From Balamuthia mandrillaris (Eukaryota): a stretch of DNA of 64,000 nucleotides. Below, piece after piece: positions 36,370-48,425 of this stretch. The DNA lies in contig JAVKOQ020000051.1 of the NCBI GenBank assembly GCA_031835245.2, forward strand, positions 62,001 to 126,000. The letters are read 5' to 3'. Below the pieces are notes generated by a model. It was not told the DNA's origin. It saw nothing but the letters and a program-made list of their open reading frames with translations, and did no database searches. Both the position numbers and the translations under genes were made by a program. Each line of letters opens with the position of its first letter. Within the stretch, counting starts at the first letter, position 1.

Positions 36370-36896
36370 AAGAAGAAGAACAAGAACAAGAAGAAGAAAA
36401 GAAGAAGAAGAAGAAGAAGAAGAACAAGAAGAAGAAGAAGAACAAGAAGAACAAGAAGAAGAAGAAGAAGAAGAAGAAGAATCAGAACAATAAGAAGCAG
36501 AAGCAGAACACAAAACCAATATGTACATGAGGGTAACACTGTGGACAGTAGGAAGTTCATTGTCTAGTTGGTAGGTACCTGGTTTAAACCTCAAAATAAG
36601 TGCTGCGTTTGATGTCCCCTCTGTTGAAGCCAAAGAGGGCCTCGTCAGCAACGGACGTGCCGCATTCGCTTACACAAGAAGAACTGGAGTCCACCCATAC
36701 CTCTTGAAGATTGGTGGTCTTTAGGACTAGCCAGGAATAGAAAAATACAAGAAACAAAAAAAAAACGACAAAGAACCGCAAAGCAACACGGACCAACTGT
36801 TTGACCTTGCCTGGCCACCACAACAACAGAGCACAGCTGCGAAGCAAACAGAACCCATATCAAAACAAGCAAACCACCGTGTGGTGCCCCTTTCAT
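33951..36896 (-). pseudogene. Type-I membrane cell-surface protein, paralogue C, with several frameshifts
   Basis: Same motifs (DSLKWSLLIRNWPW, WVDGQLD, YDPDISVL), but homology to A and B switches frame near 36634, 35233, 35150, 34411 and 34064. Confidence 0.7.
36292..36505. repeat. Long (AAG/AAC)n trinucleotide tract inside an intron
   Basis: Directly visible repeat. Confidence 0.95.
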
Positions 36897-36969
36897 TCCC
36901 TCTCTTTCGTTGAGGTTGTTGCAGGGAGAAGGCCTTTATCATCGGGGTGTTGCCAAAGTGAACTTTTCT

Positions 36970-37849
36970 TTACGCTTGGTTGCTTGCTTGCGTTTTTGCT
37001 TCTTCCATTTTGAGCTGCAAGCAGCCCCAACTGTTTCACGTTCAAAAAAGAGATATCAGAACAACGAAACCAAAAAAAAAAGCAATGGGCAGAGTCAAAT
37101 GCAAACCCCCAGTCGTCCACAAAGTAGGACGGGTCGATGCTGCTGCTTCCAAACAGCTGCTGCTCGAACGCCGAAAGCTGCCGCATGAACCCGTTGTTCG
37201 GGTTTGCTTCATGTCTCCGCTGCATGACGTGCAAAATGGATTCCCGGAGCGTCCATTGCTGACTTTGCATCAGGTAGGCCTTGTTTTTTTGAAAAAGAAC
37301 CAAGCAGCAGGCAGGTCGAGGTTAACCCCCCTTTGGAAGCGGGCGAAGAACAAGAAAAAAATAACAGAGATACTACGAACAGTGGCTATGGTAACGGATC
37401 GACTGACTCCTTCGGCACAGTGCACCAAGACACGAAGAGAGTTGCGTTGGGCCTCCTCTTTTGTTTTGTTCAGTTTATTAGGCAACGAGTGGAGGAGGAG
37501 AAGAACGAGCGTGGACCATACCGATGAAGGCCAGAGCTTTTGCAAAGTGTTGCTCCAGCGGAAAGGTGGGATGGTCCTTGGCTGGCAGAAAGCAGACCAC
37601 AAACTCTGCTTCTGTTGCCTCTTGTCCTTCTTCCGTTTCCTGCTGTTCTTTGCTCTTGCCAGTTAACTCGTGTTGCCGCTCCGTCACGTTCACCACTCGC
37701 GTTATTCCCAAGCTTCGCAAGACGTTCACATCGCTGCCATGAATGTCGTTCCCCACCCACAAGAACCCCGGCAACACTTCCGTCGGCAGCTCCGCGCCTC
37801 CTCCTCTCCTTCTTTGCATTGCTTTGTCGTGTGTAATGGTAGACGTCAT
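36970..37849 (-). CDS. Dual-specificity protein phosphatase (atypical DUSP), 4 exons
   Basis: PTEVLPGFLWVG, LGITRVVNVT, VLVHCAEGVSRS catalytic loop, AYLM, NPNNGFMRQL. The last intron gives a TAA at 36970-36972. Confidence 0.92.
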
Positions 37850-38036
37850 CAATCTTCTAAAATAGTAATCCTGATGTCACACTTACCAAAAAAGGTGTCT
37901 ACATTAAATCCATTTAAGAAACAGACGTAAGCTTTAACTATAAATGAGCTCTACTGACATCACTACTACCAAAAAAGGATGTCGACAACACAAAAAAAAG
38001 AGAGAGAAAAAAAAGTAGCAGAGAAAAGAGAGAAAG

Positions 38037-39211
38037 ATGGAAGCACCCTCCACCCCTGAGAAGGGCAAGCAGCCCCAACCCTCACCACAGCGTGGCGAGA
38101 CAGAGTCACCCATGAAAGGCGTGCGCATCGTGTCTCCCGGTGGACACCACAGGGAGAGGACCAACTCCTTCCACGGCACCTCCGGCCTCCTGCTGGTCGG
38201 CAACTACCTCTACCACAAAGGGGACTACCCCAAGGCCCTGGAGAAGTACAAGCTGGCGTTGGAGCAGGAGATGGAACTCGGAGAGGGGGACAAGAGGATC
38301 CTCTGGAACCTTCACAACAGGATCTGTGCCACCTACACCCGCATGAAGGACTATGAGAGCGCCCTCAAGGCCGCCAACGAGATGATCCGCCTCAACCCAG
38401 AGGACCCCAAGGGCCACGTTCGCAAGGGCGGCATTAACTACTTTAGCCAACGCTATCAAGAGGCCTTGCAAGACTACGAAACCGGTTCGTCTTCTTCATC
38501 ATTTTTTTTTTTTGTGTTCTCATCCAACGAGAAATCTAACCTAACCATCACTTAAAAAAAAAAACAAAACAGCCAAAGAGGTGGCTCTTCGTAATACGCC
38601 TTTCAACCCGGATGATAGCACCGCCAAGATAGCCAAGTACATCGCCGCCACCCAAAAGAACCTTGGCGCTCGCTACTGCAACCGTTGCCAAAAGATGGTC
38701 AGCGTGCTCAACCAGACCCCTGCCACGTACGATTCCTTGCCCGCTTATTTTTATTTCTGCCTTCGTTCCTTTCCTCTTTTTCTCTCTTGTTTTCGTTGGT
38801 CTTTGCTGTTTCTCTCTTGTTCCTTTCGCTCTTTCTTTTCATTTCTTTCTTTCATTCTTATTCTTTTTTTGTCGTTGCTTCTTCTTGTTCTCTCATCCAT
38901 TCCTTCTGTCTTTTCTCACTGCTCATTTCTTTTGTTTTACAAAAAATAAAAGATGTGAGATCAAAAAGCTGCAACACTATCACCCATCCAAAAGGGAGAG
39001 CTTGGATGCAGAGATCACCGAGGAGGAAAAGAAAGATAAGTGCATGGTCCACAAATGGAGGTACCCCTGCTGCAACAAGATCGGTTACAGCTGGTTCCTG
39101 GACGAGGACAACCAGGGCAAGGTGGATGAGCACGGCTGCAAGACCAAGGTGGTGCAGCTGAAGGAGGCTCTGCCCTTCTCTGGCCACAGATTCCTGGAAC
39201 AAGTGAACTAA
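38037..39211 (+). CDS. TPR protein with Cys/His-rich C-terminal domain, 3 exons
   Basis: Three TPRs (GNYLYHKGDYPKALEKYKLAL; NRICATY..KDYESALKAA..LNP; KGHVRKG..YQEALQDY), then CNRC...C...YHP...WRYPCC...GC...H. Confidence 0.85.
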
Positions 39212-39500
39212 CACAAACACTTACAAACGAATGAGAGAAAGAAAGGACAACCGAAAGAAAAGCCCCAACGAAAGAAAGAATGAAGAAGGCAAGAAAGCTA
39301 CACAACCAGAAAAGAAACTAAAAGTGTACCATTAAGCAAAAAAAAAAAGAAGAGAAAAAGTCGGAGTGGAAAAGTTTAGCATAAGGTCTTATAATAAATG
39401 AACGGCGTAACTCGGTTACACAAAGACTTCCTATTCATTTTTGAAGGAAAGAAAAGAAGGTTTCGCCCACCAAAAACTACAGGCAGACAACAGCACCCAC

Positions 39501-39854
39501 ATGGAGGAGGAGAGCAAGTTTCTCGTGCGCGTCCAGGAGGTGGGGAAAGGGGAGGGCTACGAGGAGCGCAGCCTGGGTCCTCTTCGCGGCACCACCGTCC
39601 AGGAGAGAGCGGAGGAGGTGGCCAAGGCCATCTACTGGGACCGGTGGTGCGGGGAGGATTGGTACTGGGACTCCTTCAAAATGGAGCGGAACTGCGCAGG
39701 GGAGAAGGAGCACGCTTGGAGCTTCGAGGCGCAGTCCTCCTGGTCTCAGCGCGATTGGAACGCTCTGGCCAGCGCCAAGGGGACGGTCAGCTACGATGAG
39801 GTGGAGGCTGTGTTCTACATCACCGGCTTCACTGGCAGCTGCGGAGGGGGTTGA
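39501..39854 (+). CDS. Hypothetical 117-aa intronless protein
   Basis: GC-rich island with G/C-ending codons between AT-rich flanks, ATG at 39501. No family recognised. Confidence 0.65.
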   Translation: MEEESKFLVRVQEVGKGEGYEERSLGPLRGTTVQERAEEVAKAIYWDRWCGEDWYWDSFKMERNCAGEKEHAWSFEAQSSWSQRDWNALASAKGTVSYDEVEAVFYITGFTGSCGGG

Positions 39855-39979
39855 AACCGGTTTCAACCCTTTAGCCGTTACTAAAAGAGCGTGTTTGTTA
39901 TTTTTTTTTTTTAAAAAAATGGAGCAGATGTACAACAACAACAACAACAACAACAAAACAAGAGAAGGGAGAACAATCG

Positions 39980-40177
39980 TTATTGCCTTCGAGCCATCCA
40001 AGCGAGCAACCATTTGAGGTTGGTGAGAGTGTACTTGAGGGCTTTGGTCCAGGTTTCTGGGCTGTTGAACTGGTTCTTGATGGACATCTTCCCGATCTTG
40101 TCTCTGTCCATTCTGTTTTGTTTGTATTGCGAAAGTAAGAAAGAAGAAAAAAAGAGGAGAAAGGAACAGAGAGAAAA

Positions 40178-40219
<42 letters not shown>

Positions 40220-42243
40220 TGTAGAAAAGGTACCGATAAGGCAAACGGAAACGTTTATCTTCAGACTCGACATAGTCTCCCAGCTCCTTTAGACACTTTA
40301 GAAAGCCCATCATGGCCGTGTCGAATCGCCTGAACCAAAACACTTTCAGCACTTTATAGTCGTTTGCTCCGTAGAGCTCATACTCGCTCTCGTCCTCCAA
40401 TTTGATTACTTTGGAGCTGCTTCCCATTGGCACCAGCCGAAAACTTCATTCAAGAGACAAAGTATTTTGTTAGGTGAAGAAGAACGAAGAACGAGAGGAC
40501 CACAAACCTGGAGAAAGTAAAGTTGAGCTGTTTGGCAATAGTGTACAGAAGGAGGGTGGCTTGACCCCATGCTGCGTTGATCTCGTCCCATGGTACCTTT
40601 TCATATTTGAAAAATAAAAAAGAAAGCAGAAACTATAAGCAACAACAAGAACGCAAACAAAGAAGATAAAATACCTGTTGACTAGGAAGAGTGCCAAGGC
40701 GACGACCATTGATCGTTCCGAAGTGCCCATCATGCCAGACATGGAAAGCGTCGTTGTAGACGTTCGTTTTTTTCAACAGTTCCAACTGAGAGTTTGCTTT
40801 CTCGATGCTCATCTTGACGGCATCTCTCTCTTCTTGGAAGGCGTGAAGCTTGGCTTGAAACTCGTTGTAATTCTCCCAGTAACGCCTTTCTATGTCTTCG
40901 ATCTTGGCTTGATCCCTCTTTAAATCTTGTTCCTCATCTTCCAACTGTTTTCGTTCAGCTTCTATCATCAACAACTGCTCTTTAAGTGCTTTTTCTTCGT
41001 CTTCCAACTTTGAAACAAACAGAGTAAGAAGAGTGAAGACAGAAGGAAAAACAAAGAACGAACTAGTGAATACGTAAAAAACCAACAGATGTCTTACCTG
41101 CTTAATCTCTGCGTCCACTCGCTGTATTCGATTAAGATAAGGAGATGTAGCCATGCTTTGTTGCTCTTCCTCTTCTTTCTTCTTTCGTCTCTCATCCTCT
41201 TCCTCTTCCTCTCCTCGTTCCTCTTCTGGCTTCTCTTCGTCTTCTTCACCTCCGTCTCCCTTTTCTTTTTCTCCAGCTCCTATTCCTCCTCCTTCTTCTC
41301 TCTCCTCCAAGCTCAACGCCTGCAAATAACGCTCATAAGACAAGTTCTCCTTGTAGGCCTCCTCCAGCTCTTCCTCCAGCTCCACCAACACGCTCTCCGT
41401 GCAGCCGGCACACAGCGGGTGGTCCATCTCCGTCATTTCGGACGTTTGCTCAAAAACCTCCAACAGCTTCGTCATAGAGTGAGCCGGTACGTTCTTCTTC
41501 TTCCGCTTCGTGGCAGTGGTGCTCAGTGTGGCAATGGAGGAGGAAGAGGAGAAGACGTTGCTGTTGTTGCTGCTGGAATAGTTGGAACGTCGCTGTGAAA
41601 GAGGAATCGAGGCGGCATAAGTTCCAGAGCCATAGCCACTAAACGGACGCGGCTGTGTTGTCACTTGAGAAGAAGAAGAAGAGGCAGAAGGAGAAGAGGA
41701 CGAAGAGGAAGGAGTCGAAGCAGCGGGAGGATTTTTACGCATAAGAGGAGCAGAAAGAGTGGAGGTAAGATGAGGGGGAAGGGAATGAGCCACGGAAGAC
41801 GAAGAACCAAGGGAAGGGGAGGAAGGAGGAGAAGTCGAAGTCGAGCCAGCCGTCGAAGAAGACAAAGAAGAAGGAGCAGAAGAGTCAATAGGCAGAGGAG
41901 TACGCTCAGGAAGCAGCAGCTCAAAGCCAGAGTCTGAAACGCAAACGTCTTTCTCCCTTTCTCCTCCTCCAGACGAAGGGGATGGTGAAGCAGATCGGCT
42001 GGAGCCGCTTCCACCGGAGGAGCGTTTGACGAAAGAGGGGGAATGTTTGAAGGTGGCGGCCTTGCTGCCTTTGGAGAAGAGCAAGGAGGAGGTGGGCGAG
42101 GTGGCATAGGAGGAGGGCACCATCATTTCGAGGGTCTTGTCGAGGTCATCGAAGCTGTCGAGGCGAGCGAGGATGCTCACGTCCACGTCCAACGGCTTCT
42201 TACATCGTTTGCACACAAATTCATGCCCTCCATTTACGTTCAT
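39980..42243 (-). CDS. ATG6: Beclin-1 / ATG6, multi-exon
   Basis: [18 protein letters not shown], coiled coil, [63 protein letters not shown]. Confidence 0.96.
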
Positions 42244-42445
42244 TTTGTCTTTTTTTTTTTTTTTTGAGGAAGGTGTGATCTGACAACGCAAAACAGAACA
42301 GATTTTTTTTGGTAGACAAAGGGAAAGGACGAGGTGGAGTGGAGTGAAGAGAGGGATAGAGTACTACCAGAGCAAGAATCTGGCTTTCCTCTTTGCTTTT
42401 GGATTTTTTTTTTGGTTTACTTTCTTTTATTTTTATGTTATTTTT

Positions 42446-42540
42446 GTAGACATCTCTTAATCGTCGACATCTTTTATATTGTCGACCAGGTGTTTTGTGT
42501 CGACGTAAGTTTATTGTCGACCAGGGATTTGTGTCGACGT
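42446..42540. repeat. Tandem array of GTCGAC palindromes with a 17-18 bp period, upstream of ATG6
   Basis: GTCGAC at 42463, 42481, 42499, 42516 and 42533, plus GTAGAC at 42446. Confidence 0.85.
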
Positions 42541-42580
42541 GGATAAGCCCTAAAATTTAACATTGGAGCAAACCCTAACC

Positions 42581-45500
42581 TTAAAACATGCTCTTCGCGT
42601 TCTCGGCGGCTGCTCGCATCGCTTGCGTCTTGGCGTGCTCCCTTCCGAACACTTCCTCGTAGATGTTTGCGGCACGAACAAACTCCTGCAACGCCGCCTT
42701 GGCGTCCCCTTTGTTCAAGTAAAAGTCTCCGAGGTTGGCCGCCGCTTGAGCCACATTCGGATGCCTCTCGCCCATCACCTGTTGGTAGATGGAGAGAGAC
42801 TCTTTGTAGGCTTTCTCTGACTCGGCAAAGTTGCCTTGGCGGAAGTATAATACAGCCAAGTCGTTGAGAGTGATGGCCACATCGGCATGGATGGCACCTA
42901 ACGACTCTTTCAGGATGGCTAAAGCCTACATTGAGTTGTTTTAACAAGCTTGACGTTAAACTAACATACGTTTAAAACAGGAATAAACGAAAGAAAGTTG
43001 AAACCTGAAGATAAAGAGGTAAGGCCTCATCGAAGCGACCAAGGTATTGGTAGAGACCAGCAATGTTGGTGTAGGAAGTGCCAACGTCCATGTGCTTCTC
43101 CCCAAAGGCCTCTTTCTGGATGTTCAACGCTTGTTGCAACAGCGGCAGGGCTTCCTCGTATTTTCCCATGTCTCTGTATAAGCATCCCATGTTTGCTATT
43201 TTTTCCAAGACGAGTATAATGGTTATCTCATCGGTTGCACGATAAATATTCATAAAAACATAGTGAAAGAAAGGTATAACATACAAAGGGAACTTGCATA
43301 GTCAGGGTGGTGTTGGCCTAATGCCCTTCTCCTAATGTCCAGCGCACGCAAATAGAGACCTTCAGCCATGTCATATTTGTCTTGGCGTGCATATAATACA
43401 GCAAAGTCTGTAATGTCATGTGTTATTACAAGAGATAAGCAAAGGACAAGAAAGAGAGAAAGGTTTGCTTACCATTGAGGGTAAGAGCCAGTTCGGGATG
43501 ACTGTCCCCGAGGATTTGTTCTTTGATGGCGAGACTGCGTTTGTAGAGCTGTTCGGCTTCTTTGTACTTAGCCTCTTCCTAAGAAAGCCAAAGGGGAAAA
43601 CGATAAGAAGACAGAATAAAGAAGAAAGAGGTGAAAAAAGAAAGAAGAGAACCTGAGCAAGCGCAGCTAAAGAATTCAGGGCCTGAGCCACAGAAGGATG
43701 AACAGGGCCAAACAGAGTTTCTGAAATATTCAGCGAGCGTTCATATAGTGGCCTGGCTTTGCTATACGCCGTTTGATCCAGATATAAACCTGTCATATAA
43801 TGTGAGTTACACGATACCATTTTTATAAAAGCGAGAAGAAATGGGGGTAAAGGGAAACTAACCAGCAAGATTCGTTAAACTCATGGCCACGTCAGGGTGA
43901 TGGCTTCCAAGAAGGCTCTCTCTCATAGACAGAGCTTCCATCAAGAATCGTTCCGCTTCTTTGTGTCTTCCCATGTCTTGGTTCAGACAGCCCAAAGAGT
44001 TGAGAGACTGAGCTACATCCTCATGAAGGTCTCCCAACGCTTTCTTTCGTATTGCCAACGCTCTATTTTTGTTGCAGAACAGCGCAGTAGAAAAAAGTTT
44101 CAATGAACACGTTGCACACAAACAATGAAACCGTAAAAACAAACTACAAAAACAGAAACCAAACCTGAGATAAAGCGGTTCAGCGTGTTTGTACTTGCCC
44201 TGATGCCTGTACAATATTGCCAACGAGTTCAAAGACTGCGCCAACTGCGGGTCATCCGAGTCCAATACTCTCTCCCTTATCTCCACAGCCCTCTTATAGA
44301 GCGGAGCTGCCTCCTCGTACTGCCCTCTCATGCGAAGCAAATAGGCCAACCCGTCCAATCGTTTGGCCACTTGATTCTCATCAACGTTGATGTTGTTATA
44401 GTTTTTGGAGTAGAGCGTCTCCACCATGTGGAGAGCTTTTCGGTAGAGTCGTTCGGCGGCTTCATAATGAGCTGTGTCTTGAAGGAACTTGGCCGCATCT
44501 CCCAAACGTTCTGCCTTTTGTTGCTCTTGTTTGGCTTTTGCTTCTTCTGGCTGTTTTTGGGACAAAGAAGAGGAAGAAGATGGCAAAGAGGGATGATAGT
44601 GCTCAAGTTTGGATAAGAGTTTGGATTCAACGTCTTGTCCATGAGACTTGCATTCTTGCCAGTATCTGTACAAGTCCAACTTCAATGCTAGTAGCAGTAA
44701 CGGATAAGTAAAATAAGCAAATAGGAGGAACAAAATAACAGAGAAGAAACGAAGAGTTGAAGCGTAAGAAGAATAAGATGAGGAAGAGGACAAAAGGTAC
44801 CATCCGTAAGCAAAATAGGAAACACAGTCTGATCCGTAATAAACTCGGCAAGTTCCTGCCACAAGCCACATTTGCTCGCTTGATACGGTACTTCCTCACA
44901 CTTTCGGATCAATTCCGCTTCTCTTCCTTCCTCTTCGTCTTGTTCTTGTTGAGTTGTCTTATCAAAGTATGCCATCAACCTCCTTCTGTAGTACACTTGT
45001 CGCTCTCTCGAGTCAAGTTGATAACGCTTTTCAACAGCTTGTCTCATGTAGTCATGGAAGAAAGTCAACATGCCTGAACGGCTCACCAAGCTTTCTTCCA
45101 AAGCCAAATGCAATGGAGACCAAATAGAAGGAGGCACAGAGGTGATCTCCAACAGTTCACTCTCAGATAAACCTCTGCGAGAGGTCCAGATGAGAGAGAG
45201 AACGTCTGCTAGCAAGTTCTTGTGAGAAGAGGGCAGCTCTTGTTCCAGTCGGGTGAACATGAGAGAGAAGAGTTGTGGTGGAGTTTGTGCGGTGAGATAG
45301 TGGTCGATTTGCTTGTCGATTTGTTCAAAGACTGGTTCCAAGGATGGGAGATAGATGTTAGAAGAAAGGAAGCAGTATTAGAAACAGACAAGAGTAAGAC
45401 ACCTCCAAATATACGAATCTCTTCCAACAAGGTGCGAAGGAACAACGGATTGCGGCATTGGTCAGCCTTTACGATACGTTCAGTCTGGTCTTTGGTTAAT

Positions 45501-46234
45501 GTTTTGCCATACATGGCCATATATTCCTCCACCAGGTTGGTACGTTCTTGTTCGTCCAATGCCTGCACCCTCATGCACTTCCAACCTCTTCGTTGAATCT
45601 CATCTTTGTTTTGTTTCAATGTTTATAATTGAAGTGAAGGGAAAAGAATGAAAGAAACCGAGAAGAGAAAACAAACCATAGCAGCGACCCGGAAGAGTAG
45701 AAACGACCAAACGAACGCCATTCGGGAAAACTTGAGGAAGCCAGGCCAAAGAATGAGCATCTTCTTTGTCTTCCAGTTGGTTCAACGCATCCAAAACTAG
45801 CACCAATCCACCTCGTCTTCCCGCTTCGCTGATGAGAGAAAAAAAAAAGATAATCAGTCAAGTGGTAATGATGAGAGATTTTTAAAAAAAAAGGATAGAA
45901 AGGAACGAACCCCAGCCAATCAGTAAAGTCATGAATAAGAGTTGGTAGATCTTTGGGAAGGTCATGAGACAGTTCATGATGCTCTTTGATCTCGGACATT
46001 ACTCGTCGCAACAATCTTCACAAAAATAATACGATTTCAAAGATGAGAGCGAGAGGGAGAGAGAGGGCGAAGTAAAAAAGGAGAATAGGAACCTGGCTAG
46101 ATCAGTGCTCGAAGAAGTGCTACCAATATAATGGGTGATAACGAGTTGTTGAGGATGCGCTTTTTTATATTGAGTTGCCCAATTGCATACCAATGCACTC
46201 TATAACACAAAAAAAAGTTAGAGAAAGAAACGAG

Positions 46235-46282
<48 letters not shown>

Positions 46283-48390
46283 GGAGAGGGAGGGAGGGGG
46301 AGGGAGGGAGGGGAGGGAGGAAGAGAGAGAGAGACCTTTCCAGAGCCACTCTCACCAACGACAACGATGGGTTTGTTGCCGGTCGGACTGCTAACGTGAG
46401 CAGTCAGTTCTTTGAAGTAATGCTGTCTTCCTATGTACACTCTTCCTCTGCTGGCAGCAAATGCTGTATTTAAGCAAAAAGGCTTAAGATATTGAAACGA
46501 TAAGAAACCGTTAAAATAAAGAAAGGACAAACCTTCATGAGCCATTCTATCTTGTTCTAATGGGGAGGGAATGTCTCTAAGAGGAAAATCTGCATCGATC
46601 AACGCCCGCAGATCCTCAACCACATGCTGGGCTAACTCTGCTGCTCTCTCATAGTTTTGAACGTTCAACCCTGAAGACAGAATCTCTCTCTACAACCAGA
46701 AAGAATAAAGAACGCATATAATGAGAAGCCAGACCAGAAAGAACTCTCAAATAAGCAGATATGAATGAGAAAGAGACCTTTAATGCTAGAAGCTTACGAG
46801 CATGCGATTCAGCTTCGGATGAATCACCAGGTGAACTCGATCTGAAGTAAAAACGTGCATGTTCGATGTTCCTGTCTGACATTTCATTCAACACTCCATG
46901 TCTTATCTTTGGTTGAAAGCCAAACAATATAGTAATATGAAGAAAGCAAGGAAGGCGTGAGAAAGTGAAGAAAGCAAGGTAGTGACGAAGGAAACAAAAG
47001 CGAACCTCCAATTCGGTAATACTGCGATCCAAATAGCGTTCTAGCCAAGGATATTGTCCCATAGCCCTCTCAAAAGTTCTCTCCAACAACTCGTCCTTCT
47101 TTCCATCCGCTTGAGCCCATCCATACCTCTCTCCCAACATACAAACAAAGTAAGGACGGCATCTCTCCACCTCCTTCAAGCAAATGTTGAGCGTGTCTCC
47201 TGCCTGGCTTTGATCCGAGGTAATGCCCCACCGTAAGTCCACAATAGTGAGAAATACGCCACGTTCTTGGCAGTGTTTGCGAAGCTGAGGGAACGCGTGT
47301 TTGATGAGGAGCTCTCTTTCTTCGGTCATGTCTCGGAAGGTGGAGGAGACAAAGACACGAACGTTCCGGCTCTTGGAGGTAGTAGAGGAGGAGGAAGAGG
47401 AGGAAGAGAACGAGGAGAAATTTAGTGACGATTTCTTGGTTCGATCGGCTTCCCCTGGAGAGTGAGAGTCAGAGAGTCAGAGAGAAAAGGGGAGCGGTGA
47501 ATAGAGCGATGAAGAGGAAGAGCAGAGTTAGGAGAGGATACCAAGAACTGAAAGCGGATTGAAACAAGGAAACAGTTCTTCCAAAGCAGCTGTCTCATCT
47601 CGCACAACATCATCCTGTCCTCTTCTCTCCGGCACAAAAGTGAAAAACAGCGAAGTCGAAGAAGAGGCCTCGCCTAACAGTCTCTTTTCTACTTCCTCTT
47701 GGCTTTCATTTCTTTCCGAAGAGGCCATCAAGGATGTCATCACTCTCTTCCCAGTTTCTTTGGCTTGGTTCAACTGGTTTCGTCGTTGTTGATACTCGGA
47801 AGCGTCGATGAGGTTGTTTTGGAGAAGCTGGTCCAAACCGTTCAGTCTTCTCTCTACCTCCTCCCAACTCATGTTTGCCAACATGAGAGCATCCTCTGAA
47901 AGGGTTGAAGAAAGAGACGAAGGAGCAGGACAAGGGGAAGCAGAAGAAGAGGAATAAGACGAAGGAGGAGGATAAAGAGAGGAAGGAGAAGGAGTAGCAG
48001 AAGGAGAAGGAGAGGAATAAGCTGCTTTCAGATCAGAAACAAACTGGAGTAGGAGAGAGAGTTCGTTGTTGGCGGAAGGAGGAAGAGACGGAGAAGGAGA
48101 TGGAGAAGGAGAAGTAGCAGCATCGGTTTGACTCATGAGTTTGCGCTGGTGGATTCGAGGGTTGTATCTGTTCAGGACGGAGGGGCGACGTTCACCACCG
48201 CTTCCAGACGAAGCCGAGGAAGCTGAAGGCGAAGGTGCTGCAGGAGAGGCATCGGCTTGGCTCATCAACCTGCGTTGGTGCACGTGAGGATGGCATATGT
48301 TGGTCACTTGCAGATGAGGACCCGGCATGGACCCACTGTCCAACGGTTTCCTTACTGACAATGCTGAATGGATGAATGGAAAGTAGAGAG

Positions 48391-48425
<35 letters not shown>

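Noticed and set aside
35961..36567. Poly-Lys/Arg/Phe/Leu ORFs here and at 56720-57317, 13535-13950 and 24090-24995
   Set aside because: Translations of intronic microsatellites.
36893..36896. Apparent operon-like ATGA stop/start overlap between the DUSP ORF and surface protein C
   Set aside because: It arises from reading through the last DUSP intron. The spliced DUSP ends at TAA 36970-36972.
39477..40433. 318-aa minus-strand ORF extending Beclin
   Set aside because: It reads through an intron. Beclin ends at 39980 and the remainder is antisense to the 39501 ORF.
42545..42582. Telomere-like or telo-box AAACCCTAA
   Set aside because: Only one or two isolated copies, compatible with chance.
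47422..47540. Apparent frameshift in the STAND gene
   Set aside because: Resolved by an intron, CTT G|GTATCC...CTCCAG|GG GAA.
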